Shown here: positions 8,402 to 17,651 of the stretch, piece by piece
How the letters are laid out: each line of letters begins with the position of its first letter
How positions within the stretch are numbered: position 1 is the first letter of the stretch
IMG/VR virus record: IMGVR_UViG_3300036888_000141
Coordinates: 1 to 47,711 of that record
Reading direction: 5' to 3' (one strand)
From: a virus
DNA: 47,711 bases
Translations under genes and position numbers: made by a program
The notes under the pieces: model-generated
The model's database searches: none
Told to the model about the DNA's origin: nothing
The model's input: only the letters and a program-made list of their open reading frames with translations

Positions 8402-8884
8402 ATAGTTAAAGAAATTTCATTAACACAGGATAAAATTGCTTTAGTCGATGATGAAGACTTTAATTTTTTAAACCAATATAAATGGTTTGCTAAAAAAGAT
8501 TCTAATAATGTATATTATGCATGTAGAAATGGAAGTCGTTCTAAAAAACCTAGACCATATTATAGGATGCATAGATGCATTTCTAATGCTACAGATGGTC
8601 AAGAATGTGATCATATTAATGGAGATGGACTTGACAACCGTCGCTGTAATTTAAGAATCGTAACGAGAAGACAGAATACTCAGAATAGACATGATGAAAG
8701 GTTTAGTAAATATCCTGGGGTAGTTAACAGTAAGAATGGATTTCGTGCTGTTATTAATATTAAGGGCAAAAATAAATATTTAGGTAGTTTTAAAAAAACC
8801 CCAAAAGGTGAAAAGAAAGCATTTGAAGCTTATAAAAATGCCGTCCATAAATTAACAGGTGAGAAGTTGATTTGTGAATTATAG
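8402..8884 (+). CDS. HNH endonuclease with AP2-like domain (track start 8567; extended upstream)
   Basis: IALVDDEDFNFLNQYKW N-terminus is in frame upstream; CDHINGDGLDNRRCNLR; SKYPGV; probable ATA start after AGGAGGCGG. Confidence 0.85.
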   Translation: MVKEISLTQDKIALVDDEDFNFLNQYKWFAKKDSNNVYYACRNGSRSKKPRPYYRMHRCISNATDGQECDHINGDGLDNRRCNLRIVTRRQNTQNRHDERFSKYPGVVNSKNGFRAVINIKGKNKYLGSFKKTPKGEKKAFEAYKNAVHKLTGEKLICEL

Positions 8885-9080
8885 ATATCATAAATTCATG
8901 GTCGGAAAACTGTTTTATTTGGAGACGGTTTTAATACATCACTTTTTAAAAAAGGGTGCATCCAAATTATTAATTCACAGAATTTACTGGCATTTGTATA
9001 ATCAAATGACTAAAAAACCCTGTTTTACATTAAAAATAGGTAATTGTGTAAATTTTTCCTTCCCTTCGGGGAAGGTTTAA
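8874..9080 (+). CDS. Hypothetical protein
   Basis: Overlaps the HNH stop; no motif. Confidence 0.4.
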   Translation: MNYRYHKFMVGKLFYLETVLIHHFLKKGASKLLIHRIYWHLYNQMTKKPCFTLKIGNCVNFSFPSGKV

Positions 9081-9345
9081 ACTCATCAATTCATTGATGA
9101 GATAGCTTTTTCTGCAATAAAAAGCCGATCTTAGATCACTTTGTGAGTGCTCTTTACTGCCATTTAGAGCACCTCCTCATTTTTAAAACCCTGTATGAGA
9201 GATTAATCACCTCTGTTTACATGCCATTATGGGGTTTTAATATTTAGTCTTACATCTGATAAATCCCCAAACCACCTACTATTTTACCTTACTCCAGATG
9301 TAGATATGGGTTTTAAGGACTTTCTCACCCTTAAAAACCTTTTTT
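9058..9345 (+). ncRNA. Candidate structured RNA (tandem hairpin array)
   Basis: CCTTCCC-TTCG-GGGAAGG tetraloop hairpin plus five further 7-10 bp inverted repeats, ending in a T-tract. Confidence 0.45.
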
Positions 9346-9429
9346 TTTAATTCTCATTAAATTATCAAAACAACTTCATCAATTGATGAAAAATTTTTGC
9401 AAAAATATAAAACCTTTGGAGGTATAAAA

Positions 9430-9999
9430 ATGACAAAATTTGAAAATAACACTGTACAAGTGATAGGAATAGGTGGAATAGCTGCCATAGGAATTGTAGC
9501 TTTGATCACCGGAAATAGTAATATAGGTTTAGTTGTAGTTTCCGGTATTATAGGATACTTAACAGCTCCAGCAGTTGGGAAAGCAGCCCCAGTGCTAGCA
9601 GCAGCGCTGCCGATTACACCAGTAGTTGATGAAACACCGGTAACTGATGGGGATGCATCAGATGATAATGTGGTAGTTCCAGATGCAGATTCTACTGTTA
9701 TAACAGATCCAACTCTAGGTTCAACAACTGGTAATGGTGATGCAGCACAAGTTCAAACTCCAGTTGTTATAAACCCAAATGATGTAATTACACAGGCAAT
9801 AAACCTTGTACAAAACAACCCAACATTACTTAATGATATAATAAATGTAGTAGGTGTCGTTTCAGGTGACCAGAACTTATTAGGTCAAGTGCAAACTGTC
9901 CTGAATAATAGTAATGGTGATTTGAATCTGATAAGTAATGGAATTGCAGCTGTTAAAAATTTAATTCCAAATGATAATACCGTTCCAGTTGGGGCCTGA
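9430..9999 (+). CDS. Membrane-anchored protein (2 N-terminal TM, holin-like), paralogous C-terminus with the next ORF (track start 9397)
   Basis: GGAGGT RBS before ATG 9430; hydrophobic N-terminus; acidic Pro/Thr linker. Confidence 0.7.
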   Translation: MTKFENNTVQVIGIGGIAAIGIVALITGNSNIGLVVVSGIIGYLTAPAVGKAAPVLAAALPITPVVDETPVTDGDASDDNVVVPDADSTVITDPTLGSTTGNGDAAQVQTPVVINPNDVITQAINLVQNNPTLLNDIINVVGVVSGDQNLLGQVQTVLNNSNGDLNLISNGIAAVKNLIPNDNTVPVGA

Positions 10000-10116
10000 T
10001 TAGTTGGTAGTTATTAACTCCACTTATAAATCAAATCCTTTTAAGGAATATGAAGATGATTTTAATGAATTCGTGAATGATGCATATATAAGTGATATAA
10101 AACGGAGAATGGAGGA

Positions 10117-10740
10117 ATGATATTTATGGTTTTAACTCAAACACAAATAGATGGATTACAAACACAATACACTGCTATGAGTGCAGCAGCTAAAGCTAAT
10201 TTTGTAACCGCAATCTCAGCAGCTGCATCACCGAATGATGTAGTTGTAGCGGTGAAAGCAGTGGAAGATGAATTGGATGCTTTAGATTATTTAAATGATG
10301 TGATTAATAGGGAACAAGAATTAGTAGATGCGTCAGGTAATAGTGATGATGATTCGGATAGTACAACTGCAACAACTGATCCAACAGTAGCAGTAGACCT
10401 TAATGCTGCACCTGCAGATGCAAATTCAACCCCACCTGAAACACAAGCAACCACAGCTCCAGCAGAAACAAGTACACCAGTGGCTGAAACCGCCGCCCCT
10501 GCAGCTGCCACTATACAGGCCCCAGCAGCCCAGGATATAATAAACCAGGCCACTGCAGTAGTCCAAAATAACCCAGCACTATTACAGGATATAGTTAATG
10601 TTGCAAATACTGTAAAGGAAAACCCAGATTTATTAACCAAACTTGCATCAGTACTATCCAATGCACCTAATGGTGATCAGAATATAATCACTCAAGGTAT
10701 TGTTGAAGTTAAAAATTTATTGACAGCTAGCCCTAAATAA
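10117..10740 (+). CDS. Ala/Thr-rich protein with a C-terminal domain paralogous to 9430..9999
   Basis: DIINQATAVVQNNPALLQDIVNV vs DVITQAINLVQNNPTLLNDIINV. Confidence 0.75.
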   Translation: MIFMVLTQTQIDGLQTQYTAMSAAAKANFVTAISAAASPNDVVVAVKAVEDELDALDYLNDVINREQELVDASGNSDDDSDSTTATTDPTVAVDLNAAPADANSTPPETQATTAPAETSTPVAETAAPAAATIQAPAAQDIINQATAVVQNNPALLQDIVNVANTVKENPDLLTKLASVLSNAPNGDQNIITQGIVEVKNLLTASPK

Positions 10741-10777
10741 TCTCTTTTCTTATTTTTTTTTAGGAGGTTGGACGGCT

Positions 10778-11146
10778 ATGGAAGATGAAATCGAAAAACA
10801 ATTACTCAAAGATATGGATGGTAAACTACCAGAAAAAGTATGTCCAGCCCATAATGTTCTTATTCTCTATTTAATTAATACTAATAAAGAATTAAAAGGT
10901 ATTAAGACAATTGTAGACGATATTAATAAGTATATCACAGGACATGAGGCAGTAGAAGAATATGTGGATAAAGCAACTGAAAAAACAAGAGATAATGCTG
11001 CTGAAAAAAGGCAGGAAAAACAACTACAAAATGAAGAAATAGCACTTGAATCTGGTTTTTGGAATAATACACGAACTGAAATTAGTATAATAGTAGGTGT
11101 AGGTGCATTTTGTTTTTGTTTAGGTTTAGCAGTACATTTATGGTGA
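10778..11146 (+). CDS. Coiled-coil protein with C-terminal TM helix
   Basis: AGGAGGT RBS; terminal ISIIVGVGAFCFCLGLAVHLW. Confidence 0.75.
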   Translation: MEDEIEKQLLKDMDGKLPEKVCPAHNVLILYLINTNKELKGIKTIVDDINKYITGHEAVEEYVDKATEKTRDNAAEKRQEKQLQNEEIALESGFWNNTRTEISIIVGVGAFCFCLGLAVHLW

Positions 11147-11152
11147 TTAACT

Positions 11153-11527
11153 ATGAGTGAATTGCAAGAGCTTACAAAAGCTATTAAGGAGAATACCCAA
11201 CTCCAAAAGGAAGAAGCTGAAAAGTGGGATGAATGGCGGACTTGTCAAATTCAAGAAGAACCACAAGAGAAATTTTATAAAACATGGGAATTCCGTATAG
11301 ATTTAGCTCAATTCATTGCATTATTCTTTGTTGCTTATACAAACGCTTATTCAATGAATAGGGTTGTAGTGCCGACAGCATTGGCTAATTTTTTAAATAA
11401 TATTCCCTTTCCAGCCACCCAAATTGCACAAGGATTTGAAATTCTTTTAATTATTTTATTAATTTATACTATTTATAAAATTTATCTAATTATACATAAT
11501 TTTTATATTCATAAAGGTCGGATTTAA
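11153..11527 (+). CDS. Two-TM membrane protein
   Basis: Two hydrophobic segments. Confidence 0.7.
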   Translation: MSELQELTKAIKENTQLQKEEAEKWDEWRTCQIQEEPQEKFYKTWEFRIDLAQFIALFFVAYTNAYSMNRVVVPTALANFLNNIPFPATQIAQGFEILLIILLIYTIYKIYLIIHNFYIHKGRI

Positions 11528-11564
11528 TGAAAGATGGTATTAGTGTTTTCTGAGCTGATTAGTT

Positions 11565-11807
11565 ATGGATGATGAAGTTGTTAAAATACTCAGAGAGCAG
11601 GATAATAAAATCTGTAAAGTTTCAGAGAGAGTAGGGACATTAGAGGAGAAAGATAAACAGGAATCTATAGATATTGGTAAATATACCGAACAGAAACAGT
11701 GGCATTGGACTAAAACTGTTGGAGTATTCACGATTATAGGTGTTATTTTTGGTGCAATTGTTTGGGTAATAGTTTATTCATTAGTAAATGTTTTCCATAT
11801 TCTATAA
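11565..11807 (+). CDS. XhlA/holin-like small membrane protein
   Basis: Short coiled coil (ERVGTLEEKD) followed by one C-terminal TM helix. Confidence 0.5.
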   Translation: MDDEVVKILREQDNKICKVSERVGTLEEKDKQESIDIGKYTEQKQWHWTKTVGVFTIIGVIFGAIVWVIVYSLVNVFHIL

Positions 11808-11825
11808 AAAGAAGGAATTGAAATT

Positions 11826-12047
11826 ATGGTAATTTTAACTCTGAAATGTGATAATCCAGACTGCGGATTAACAGTAATAGTTGGATCCAAGGATAGGAAG
11901 GCAGCTGAAGCTATATTTGATTATGGTAAAATTAATCCAGTCACCGGTAAGGTAAGGGAATTTAATTGTTTAATGTGTGGTCATCCTATGGTTAAAGCAG
12001 GTATTAAACCTTCAAAAATATTATCAGATTCAAGGACAATTTGGTAA
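11826..12047 (+). CDS. Small Zn-finger protein
   Basis: CDNPDC...CLMCG. Confidence 0.7.
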   Translation: MVILTLKCDNPDCGLTVIVGSKDRKAAEAIFDYGKINPVTGKVREFNCLMCGHPMVKAGIKPSKILSDSRTIW

Positions 12048-12172
12048 TCCAAATGAATGAAAGAAATAATGAATTTCCAACAGCTCAAGATCACCTAAAT
12101 TTTCTAAAATATTTAAAAAATAGAACAAAAAATATTCACCGAGCAACCGAGCAAAAAAACGAGTGATTTAAT

Positions 12173-12739
12173 ATGGCCAAATATAGATGGGAAACAATCA
12201 AAAAACAATATATACAAGGTATAAAAGAAGAAGATGGTACAAAAAGATTCCCAAGCCAAAAACAACTATGTAAAATTCATGGATGTAGTCCTGGAACATT
12301 AGGTGAAAGAGCATCTAATGAAAATTGGAAAGGAGAACGAGCAAAGTTCCGAGCAAGGACCGAGCAAAAATCATTAGAAAAAAAGTCAGATTTACTTGCA
12401 GATGATATAGTTGAAGATGATTTATTATGTGAAAAGTTCGGACGTAAAGCTTTAGAAGTAGCTCAAAAACAATTAGACATAATCAATAGAAAATTAGATG
12501 CTGAGGCATTTATCCCAGTGACATTATTGAAGTTCACAGTTGAAAGTGGTAAAATTGCCCAGGACATGATTAAAACAGCTCAAGGAGAAGATATAACTAA
12601 GATTGAGTTGGACGCTGAAGTCAGATCAGAACATAGGTTTAAGCATACATTAGAATTATTAGGCACTGATGAGTTTAGGGAACAGGAATTAGGTGTCTTG
12701 CGTGTCCTCAGTGAAAAAGAAGAAAAAATTGAATCGTAA
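12173..12739 (+). CDS. terS: Terminase small subunit
   Basis: Position before terL; N-terminal HTH-like SQKQLCKIHG...ENWK. Confidence 0.75.
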   Translation: MAKYRWETIKKQYIQGIKEEDGTKRFPSQKQLCKIHGCSPGTLGERASNENWKGERAKFRARTEQKSLEKKSDLLADDIVEDDLLCEKFGRKALEVAQKQLDIINRKLDAEAFIPVTLLKFTVESGKIAQDMIKTAQGEDITKIELDAEVRSEHRFKHTLELLGTDEFREQELGVLRVLSEKEEKIES

Positions 12740-12740
12740 G

Positions 12741-14231
12741 ATGCCCTATGGTGTGGGTACTTATGCAATTGAGGCATCTAAGAAACGTTGGAAACCTCTT
12801 AAACATTTAATTATAGTTATTGAATTTTTATTATTTTTAATTCAAGGTAAGTTAAATCGATTAATGATTTTCATGCCTCCAAGGCATGGTAAAAGTGAAT
12901 TAATAAGTAAATATTTTTTATCTTGGTATCTTGGAACATTCTTAGAAAAAAGAGCTATACTCACCAGTTATGGTGCAGGTTTTGCAGCTAAATGGGGACG
13001 TGAAACAAGAGATCTATTACATTATTATGGAACTGATATGTTCCTATCTGATGTTCTTATAAAAGATGATAGTAAAGCTTCCCATAAATGGGATATAAAA
13101 GGACATAAAGGTGGATTGGTCACCGGAGGTTCTGGTGGTCCTATTATGGGTGAAGGTGCAAACCTTTTCATTATCGATGATCCTCATAAAAACATTGAAG
13201 AAGCCCGATCACCCACATATCAAGAGAGAACATGGGAATGGTATCTTAACATCGGATTGCAACGAGTAGAAAAGGATATAACAGACGGTATGCCTGGAGC
13301 AATGGTTTATATTGCTCAAAGATTGGATATTTGTGATCTTGCAGGTCAAATATTAGATGCAGAACCGTACATATTAGCTAAAGATGCTATAAAACTCCTT
13401 AGAAATGGAGAAAGTATACCTGAAGATACCTGGGTGGTTTTAAATTTACCATTACTAGCTGAAGAAAATGATATATTAGGACGTGAACCTGGAGAACCAA
13501 TATGGCATGAACGAGTTGATAAAGCAAAAGCAGAACGTCTTAAAAATACAATGGGTGAACATAGGTTTAATGCGATTCACCAAGGAAACCCAAAAGAACG
13601 TGAAGGTAAATTTTACAGACAACAAGATTTTGAAATTGTTGATTACTTACCAGATAATATTATTCAAGAGGTACAATGGTCCGACCTTGCAGCTACATCA
13701 TATCCCCCACAAGTGCCAATAAAACAGAGAGGAGCTGCAACTGCAACGGTTCGATTAGCTTTAACACAAGATATGCGTTTATTTATCACATATTTAGAGG
13801 AAATGTGGGAAGAAGAGGATACTGTAACTAAGAATATAATTCAAAGCGTCAAACTCGGCGGTAAAAAACCAAAATATTGTATACCTCAAGATCCTGGCCA
13901 AGCTTCCAAAGGTCAAGTTAAAAAATATTCTTTGATGATGCCAGGTTATAATTTTGAAGGAATTATAGAATCTGGTGATAAAGAATATAGGGCTGAAGCG
14001 CCTGGTAGTTGGGCGAAAATAAATAAAATTTATATTTATAGGAATGCACCTGGAGAAATCATCACTAATTTTCATGGAAGTAAAGAAGAAGCGATTAAAC
14101 GTTTTATCACAGTTGTCACTGATTTCCCCAATAATAAACATAAAGATTTCGTTGATGCTCTTTCAGGTTCTTTTAGTGAGTTAGATATTCCAGAGGAACC
14201 AAATGAATATGTTGAAATAGGAACGTGGTAG
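12741..14231 (+). CDS. terL: Terminase large subunit (track start 12693; ATG 12741 preferred)
   Basis: Walker A MPPRHGKSE, Walker B LFIIDDPHK, nuclease WSDLA...HKDFVDALS. Confidence 0.95.
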   Translation: MPYGVGTYAIEASKKRWKPLKHLIIVIEFLLFLIQGKLNRLMIFMPPRHGKSELISKYFLSWYLGTFLEKRAILTSYGAGFAAKWGRETRDLLHYYGTDMFLSDVLIKDDSKASHKWDIKGHKGGLVTGGSGGPIMGEGANLFIIDDPHKNIEEARSPTYQERTWEWYLNIGLQRVEKDITDGMPGAMVYIAQRLDICDLAGQILDAEPYILAKDAIKLLRNGESIPEDTWVVLNLPLLAEENDILGREPGEPIWHERVDKAKAERLKNTMGEHRFNAIHQGNPKEREGKFYRQQDFEIVDYLPDNIIQEVQWSDLAATSYPPQVPIKQRGAATATVRLALTQDMRLFITYLEEMWEEEDTVTKNIIQSVKLGGKKPKYCIPQDPGQASKGQVKKYSLMMPGYNFEGIIESGDKEYRAEAPGSWAKINKIYIYRNAPGEIITNFHGSKEEAIKRFITVVTDFPNNKHKDFVDALSGSFSELDIPEEPNEYVEIGTW

Positions 14232-14233
14232 TA

Positions 14234-14377
14234 ATGGTTAATTTAAGTTTACAGGAAGCTATGAGCTTTGTAAGAGAGGAGAATCCTAACTTATCTGATG
14301 AAGAGGTTAGGGTTAAAGCATTGAGAATGGTTGAACTTAGTAATCAGACTATGAATGATGCTATGTTGAAAGAATAA
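14234..14377 (+). CDS. Hypothetical protein, 47 aa; not in ORF track
   Basis: MVNLSLQEAMSFVREENPNLSDEEVRVKALRMVELS... starts 2 nt after the terL stop. Confidence 0.5.
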   Translation: MVNLSLQEAMSFVREENPNLSDEEVRVKALRMVELSNQTMNDAMLKE

Positions 14378-14663
14378 TTATTAATTTTTACCATATTTGT
14401 ATATTTAGAGATTATATTTCCACATAATTTTATAATATATTGTGGATCATGAGGGAGTGGGGTGTATGTTTAAATAAGCTTATATTAGCCCTCCGTTAAT
14501 TAATATATTATATATATTACCATTTAAAAAAGCGTATAAAATTTCAGAAATAACTATTTTAACTGAATGAAATAATGAAAAGAAAAATAATAGATAATAT
14601 AGTTGAATACTATCTTTTTCCCTTAATTTTGTGTTATTAAATAGGTCTCTTAATTTTATCTAT

Positions 14664-15881
14664 TTACTCGTAGTTTAAAGCTAGAGTTACAGGATCATGG
14701 AAAATAATCGAAGGGTTTTCGCTTCCATCTTCTGATGGGCCGTCTTTACTATAAAATTTGACTTCCATGGTTTTTTCAGCTATATCTGCTACATAGGTGT
14801 ACATAGTTCTTTCTGTGAATGGGAAAGATCCTCCAGCTGCTATGGAATCCTTGTAATGGGAATAAACTAAGCTCATGGCTTCGAACATATCTTCATTGGT
14901 GAAAACACCTTCATGTTTTTTAATGTATTCATCTAGGCGATTCCAGCGATTGAATGTGTTGTATCCTTCCTTTGGATCATATTCAGGGAATTTGGAAGGT
15001 TCTGGATACATGTGCATAGAGTGATTGGTTACTATAAATGGTTGCTCAGGGATTCCATCTATAAAGTAGTATAAACCAGATTTCCCATCAATTTCAAAAA
15101 GTGTTACATTACCGTCCTTATCTCCGATAAGGAAATGCATAGCCCTAGATGGGATATAAACTCTTTGTTGCAGGATCTCAAATTTGGCTTCTTCTACAGT
15201 TGCGCACTTATTAAGGATCATGGTTGTAAGTTGTGAAAAAGACATTCCTGTATCTATGGCTCCTCCAAATGGCATTGGAGTTGTTGATCCTTGTAAATCT
15301 ATGAGAATGGTTACAAAAAGTCCTTTTTCATTAATTCCATCCAAGGGAGGGTTAAGTAGATCATGCGATCCAAATTGTACAGTATTATACCCATTTTCGG
15401 GATAAAATTCCACAGATGTTATTCTAGAAAGTGATTTTCTGGATGGTTTACCTTCTATAACCATCAAAGCTGATCCCAATTCAGTAACACTTTCCTCATA
15501 CCAGTCCAAGTTTCGGCAAACACAAGGATGATTATTTTCTGTTAAAGAAGCAGGGAAATAAATAGCAGAACATGCCATATCACCCAAATCGAAAGGTAAA
15601 ATAGTAGTATCATAATTGGTTTCATTTAGATCCAGTTTAAATGCATCAGCCACTCCACGAGCCCTTTCGGCTAGAGCTGGAAAATTTCTTTTCATATAAT
15701 TCTGTCTAGCTTTACCGTAAACAGGAGTTTTGTATTTATCCAATTGTATCTCATACTCTTTAATTCCTACTTCTGCCAAGTCTTTTCCAATATCAAAATC
15801 AGAGCCCTTAACAGCTATTCCACGAACTTCTAAATACTCTTTTTCCCCTCTAGGAATTACAATTTCATTTTTTAAAATCAT
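14664..15881 (-). CDS. Ntn-hydrolase, peptidase C45 / acyltransferase-like (cargo); strand is minus, not plus as in the track
   Basis: Plus strand reads TTTAAAATCAT at 15871-15881, i.e. ATG ATT TTA AAA (MILK) on minus; about 100-aa propeptide then DMA|CSAIYF...RNLDW; GINEKGL. Confidence 0.85.
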   Translation of the reverse strand: MILKNEIVIPRGEKEYLEVRGIAVKGSDFDIGKDLAEVGIKEYEIQLDKYKTPVYGKARQNYMKRNFPALAERARGVADAFKLDLNETNYDTTILPFDLGDMACSAIYFPASLTENNHPCVCRNLDWYEESVTELGSALMVIEGKPSRKSLSRITSVEFYPENGYNTVQFGSHDLLNPPLDGINEKGLFVTILIDLQGSTTPMPFGGAIDTGMSFSQLTTMILNKCATVEEAKFEILQQRVYIPSRAMHFLIGDKDGNVTLFEIDGKSGLYYFIDGIPEQPFIVTNHSMHMYPEPSKFPEYDPKEGYNTFNRWNRLDEYIKKHEGVFTNEDMFEAMSLVYSHYKDSIAAGGSFPFTERTMYTYVADIAEKTMEVKFYSKDGPSEDGSENPSIIFHDPVTLALNYE

Positions 15882-15972
15882 TAGTTACCATCCCCATGTT
15901 ATTACAGGAGTAGTTAATTATATTATTTAAAACTTTCATAAACTGATGAACTATTTAATTCATATTTTTTTA

Positions 15973-16012
15973 TCATTTTGGATCTAAAATATTCATTCGA
16001 AATGTGCTTAGT
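15973..16012 (+). promoter_or_regulatory. Degenerate copy of the putative late-promoter motif, upstream of portal
   Basis: TCATTTTG-N5-AAAAT-N17-TTAGT, same spacing as in the 49-bp repeat. Confidence 0.4.
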
Positions 16013-16074
16013 TTTATTAAATTATTCTGCTATTGAAATTACTTTCAATAAAAAATAATGGGAGATATCAATTG

Positions 16075-17556
16075 ATGAAAATAACACAAGGCATTGGAAA
16101 TGCATTAAACAGCATCACCAACGCCGGAAAAAGGATATTTCCATCTCAACACTCTGATACATTCGACCCCACACACTTACTTGACACATTATCTGAATTT
16201 TCGGGCATGCGTTTCCAGAATATAGGAGATTTCATCAGTTATTACAAAAACAGCTACTTTAAAACAGCTTACTTAAACTTAAATCCATTCACATGCGCAC
16301 AATTAGCCACCAGTAATGTATGGATATCCAGCGCCATAAATGCAATAGCAGATCCAATAAGCAATGCTGATATTATAGGGATTGCGAAGGATCTTCAACA
16401 TCCTAATGAACTTGAAATAGAATATTTAGAGAACTTAATCAACCACCCCAACCCATTGCAACCCGAGAATGTGTTTGCTAAGATGATTGCAACCGATTAT
16501 AAACAGTGTGGATCTGCCTATGTTGAAGTGACTTATAATATGTTTGGATGGCCTGCAAGGTTGGATAGGATTGCACCTTCACATATTAAAGCTAAAAAAG
16601 TGAATAATAAAATCTTTTTCATAAATCAGAATGGCTATGTATTCCCAGACAATGGCATAATACCAATATTTGACCCGAATCCTTTTGATGATTCTAAAGG
16701 ATTAACACCATTGGTTGGTTTATTCAATCATTTAATGCTTGATGAGGCGGTTGTAGAGCATAACCTCCGATATTTCACTAGTGACATGCTCAAGGGAGTT
16801 CTTAGTTTTGATAAAACAATTCCTTATGAGATAGCGAAGAAAGAAGTAGATAGGGTAGGTAGACAGATAAAATCATTAGAGGAAGAGGGAAAGAACGGGA
16901 ATATAGCTATTTTCGGTGCTACTTATGAATTGTTAAGCAGCACTAACAGTGATATGCTTACACCATCTATCACCCAAAACATCATAGACGCGGTTAAAGC
17001 AGCTTACCATGTTCCTCAAAGTAAAATAGGATTTGGAAATGGAGGATCTATTGGTAATGGTGAGGGTGAGAATCAAGATGACATGATGAATGACACCCTT
17101 AACAATAATATGAATATGATTCTTTCTCACTTGAATTTCCGTTTACTTGAATTTGCAGGTATTGAGGATACAATTCTTGGATTTAGAAATTTAACTAAAA
17201 CTGATCAAGTCAGACAAGGGGAATTAGATACTCAGGCTTGGGAGAATGGTAGTAGGACATGGAATGAAATTAGGACTGCAAGAGGTGATGACCCTTATCC
17301 AGAAGATTTTGAAGGTCTCGGTGTTGGTGATCAACCCTGGTTATTAGATAAGATGTCACCTGCGAATTTACTTACAAGTCCTTCACAGCCCGCTACACCA
17401 ATTAAACAGTCAATTAATGATGCGATGAAAAATGAATTATGTAGAGAGGGAGTTCAGCAGGCTAGTTTAACTCCTCGAAAGAAGCAGAAACAGAGTTTAT
17501 TGGAGCAGAATGTTCAGAAACTACTTGAAGAGAATGGGCTAATTGAAGTTTTATAA
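16075..17556 (+). CDS. Portal protein (HK97-like; track start 16033)
   Basis: AINAIADPIS, LINHPNPLQ, DYKQCGSAYVEV, LDRIAPSHI, TWNEIRTARG..P motifs; follows terL. Confidence 0.92.
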   Translation: MKITQGIGNALNSITNAGKRIFPSQHSDTFDPTHLLDTLSEFSGMRFQNIGDFISYYKNSYFKTAYLNLNPFTCAQLATSNVWISSAINAIADPISNADIIGIAKDLQHPNELEIEYLENLINHPNPLQPENVFAKMIATDYKQCGSAYVEVTYNMFGWPARLDRIAPSHIKAKKVNNKIFFINQNGYVFPDNGIIPIFDPNPFDDSKGLTPLVGLFNHLMLDEAVVEHNLRYFTSDMLKGVLSFDKTIPYEIAKKEVDRVGRQIKSLEEEGKNGNIAIFGATYELLSSTNSDMLTPSITQNIIDAVKAAYHVPQSKIGFGNGGSIGNGEGENQDDMMNDTLNNNMNMILSHLNFRLLEFAGIEDTILGFRNLTKTDQVRQGELDTQAWENGSRTWNEIRTARGDDPYPEDFEGLGVGDQPWLLDKMSPANLLTSPSQPATPIKQSINDAMKNELCREGVQQASLTPRKKQKQSLLEQNVQKLLEENGLIEVL

Positions 17557-17560
17557 TGGT

Positions 17561-17587
17561 ACTTCGTAATAGTTAGTTTAACGAAGT
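17561..17587. repeat. dif/lox-like site A
   Basis: ACTTCGTAATA-GTTAG-TTTAACGAAGT, 4 nt after the portal stop. Confidence 0.75.
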
Positions 17588-17651
17588 AGATTTAATAATC
17601 TTAAATTAAATTATTTTACCAAAGAAATTTTGTAATTATTTTAAAAATGTT

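Noticed and set aside
9180-9340. Mini-CRISPR array interpretation of the TATGGG(G)TTTTAA repeats
   Set aside because: Only two short, non-identical units that are better explained as hairpin arms; no cas genes
14490-14500. CCTCCGTTAAT possible half-site before the C45 island
   Set aside because: Single degenerate arm with no partner; too weak to call
14664-15881. C45 hydrolase as the viral endolysin
   Set aside because: Antisense to late genes and not a known pseudomurein endoisopeptidase family; kept only as cargo
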